Source: an uncultured bacterium
GTDB lineage: Bacteria > Krumholzibacteriota > Krumholzibacteriia > JACNKJ01
Length of the DNA: 64,000 bases
Assembly (NCBI GenBank): GCA_963695095.1
Contig: CAVOFT010000001.1
Location: 2,592,001 to 2,656,000 of the forward strand
Direction of reading: 5' to 3'
Shown here: positions 62,761-64,000 of the stretch, in pieces
Layout of the letters: every line of letters begins with the position of its first letter
How positions within the stretch are numbered: position 1 is the first letter of the stretch
Notes under the pieces: generated by a model
What the model saw: the letters and a program-made list of their open reading frames with translations, nothing else
Database searches by the model: none
Told to the model about the DNA's origin: nothing
Program-made: the position numbers and the translations under genes

Positions 62761-63454
62761 GCGCGATTCGGGTCGGCGCCTGGCCTGTCCCCGCTGCCAC
62801 CCAGGCCCGCCCCGCCGGCGAGGCGAACCACCTCTCGATCTCGGCGAAGCTCGAGAAGGGCCGATGCGCGATGCCTCGCACCTCCAACCACTCGGCGAGG
62901 GCTCCCTTCGCGAAGACGAGATCCGCCCGCCCGGCCGGGCAACGGTCCGTGGTGCCGTCGCCGATGTAGACCGTGCGCGTCCCGATCGCCGCAATCTGTG
63001 CCAGGTGCCAGCTCTTGCAGTGATTGCAGAGCGCGTTGATGCGCGGCGTGGTCGCGGGCACGACGCGCCAGCGGCCGTCCGCCTCGAAGGCGAGACCGTT
63101 GGCCGCGAAGGGCAGATCGGCCAGGCCCTCCCGCTCGAGCACGGCCTGGATCAAAGGCGCGAGCCCCCCCGAGAGGATGGTCAGCGGCCAGCCGCGCTCC
63201 CGGCAGAAGGCCACGAAGCCTGCGAAGCCGGGATCCACGGGCACGGCCGCCAGCACCTGCCCCAGCGCCTCCGCCCAGGGCGCGCGGAGCAGGGCTACCT
63301 CATCGCGCAAACCCTGCTCTTCGCTGAGCGTGCCCGCCTCCACCCGGCGCTCGATCTCGAGCCACGACGAGCCCGCGTAGTGATCGAGCAGGTGGACGAG
63401 CGTGTCCTCGGCCGTGATCGTGCCGTCGAAATCCGTGAAGACGTTGACCTTCAT
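62741..63454 (-). CDS. HAD-IB family phosphatase (MtnX-like)
   Basis: DFDGTIT, ILSGG, YIGDGTTD, ADLVFAK. Confidence 0.88.
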   Translation of the reverse strand: MKVNVFTDFDGTITAEDTLVHLLDHYAGSSWLEIERRVEAGTLSEEQGLRDEVALLRAPWAEALGQVLAAVPVDPGFAGFVAFCRERGWPLTILSGGLAPLIQAVLEREGLADLPFAANGLAFEADGRWRVVPATTPRINALCNHCKSWHLAQIAAIGTRTVYIGDGTTDRCPAGRADLVFAKGALAEWLEVRGIAHRPFSSFAEIERWFASPAGRAWVAAGTGQAPTRIAPSPRTE

Positions 63455-63623
63455 TTATTCCTGCTCGCTCGTGCCGTGGCCGTGGGCCGGGGCCAGCCGC
63501 GGCCGGTCAGGCGCTTGCGCCGCCTCTCCGGCCGCGCTAGACTTGCCGGTTCCGGCCTCGCACCTGGCGTGGAGGCCTATCCATAGCCCAGCCGATTCGC
63601 CGTGGCAAGCCCAGGAGTCCAGC

Positions 63624-64000
63624 ATGGCCGACGCCAAGCCCCAGCCCAAGTACCTCAAGGACTATCGTCCCAGCGCCTGGCTCATCGACACCGCCGAGCT
63701 GCGGGTCGAACTCGGTGAGGAGGGCACGCTCGTCCACGCCAGGCTCGCCCTGCGGCCCAATCCCGACCCGAAGGCCGAGCGCGGTCCGCTGGTGCTCCAC
63801 GGCCGCGAGCTGGAACCCGTGTCGCTGGCCCTGAACGGCAAGGCGCTCGCGCCCGCCGACTACCGCATCGAGGACGGCCGCCTCCACCTGCCCAGCGCCA
63901 AGGGCGACTGCGTCCTCGAGAGCACGGTGCGCATCCACCCCGAGACGAACACCAGCCTCGAGGGCATCTATCGCTCCGGCGGCAACTTCTGCAGCCAGTG
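63624..64000 (+). CDS. pepN: Aminopeptidase N, N-terminal part; runs off window
   Basis: Manual translation MADAKPQPKYLKDYRP...LVLHGREL...IHPETNTSLEGIYRSGGNFCSQ; AGGAG RBS. Confidence 0.9.
   Translation, partial: MADAKPQPKYLKDYRPSAWLIDTAELRVELGEEGTLVHARLALRPNPDPKAERGPLVLHGRELEPVSLALNGKALAPADYRIEDGRLHLPSAKGDCVLESTVRIHPETNTSLEGIYRSGGNFCSQ

Overview
Very GC-rich bacterial chromosome segment. Secreted proteins with C-terminal FlgD-Ig/'YPNPFNP...KLVLLK' domains and 'S[WF]SxIKSLY' tails suggest an FCB-related candidate phylum such as Krumholzibacteriota or Latescibacterota (inference). The window is mostly core genome: ssrA, smpB, five tRNAs, typA, ssb, rph-rdgB-murI-amidase, queG, mqnE/mqnC, pepN, glgX, an RND pump plus the start of a MacAB-like one, and several two-component/c-di-GMP genes. 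It also holds two tandem ~1040-aa secreted paralogues, an Fe-S/NrfD/13-haem cytochrome operon, an L,D-transpeptidase operon, and a small accessory islet (HNH, HIT, IS3 remnant, Fic) beside tRNA-Lys. Many genes carry single-base frameshifts that look like long-read indel errors. The best novelty candidate is a secreted FG-GAP/FlgD-Ig protein with a single in-frame UGA in a G-U-C motif, followed by a SECIS-like hairpin (candidate selenoprotein). It is transcribed divergently from a CxxC-redoxin/Cys-rich outer-membrane barrel fusion and a small Cys-containing secreted protein, which may form a cell-surface selenol/thiol redox module. Other candidates are a riboswitch-like attenuator upstream of the L,D-transpeptidase operon, a sigma54-driven CBM48-Omp85 operon, and tRNA/tmRNA genes that encode CC but never CCA.
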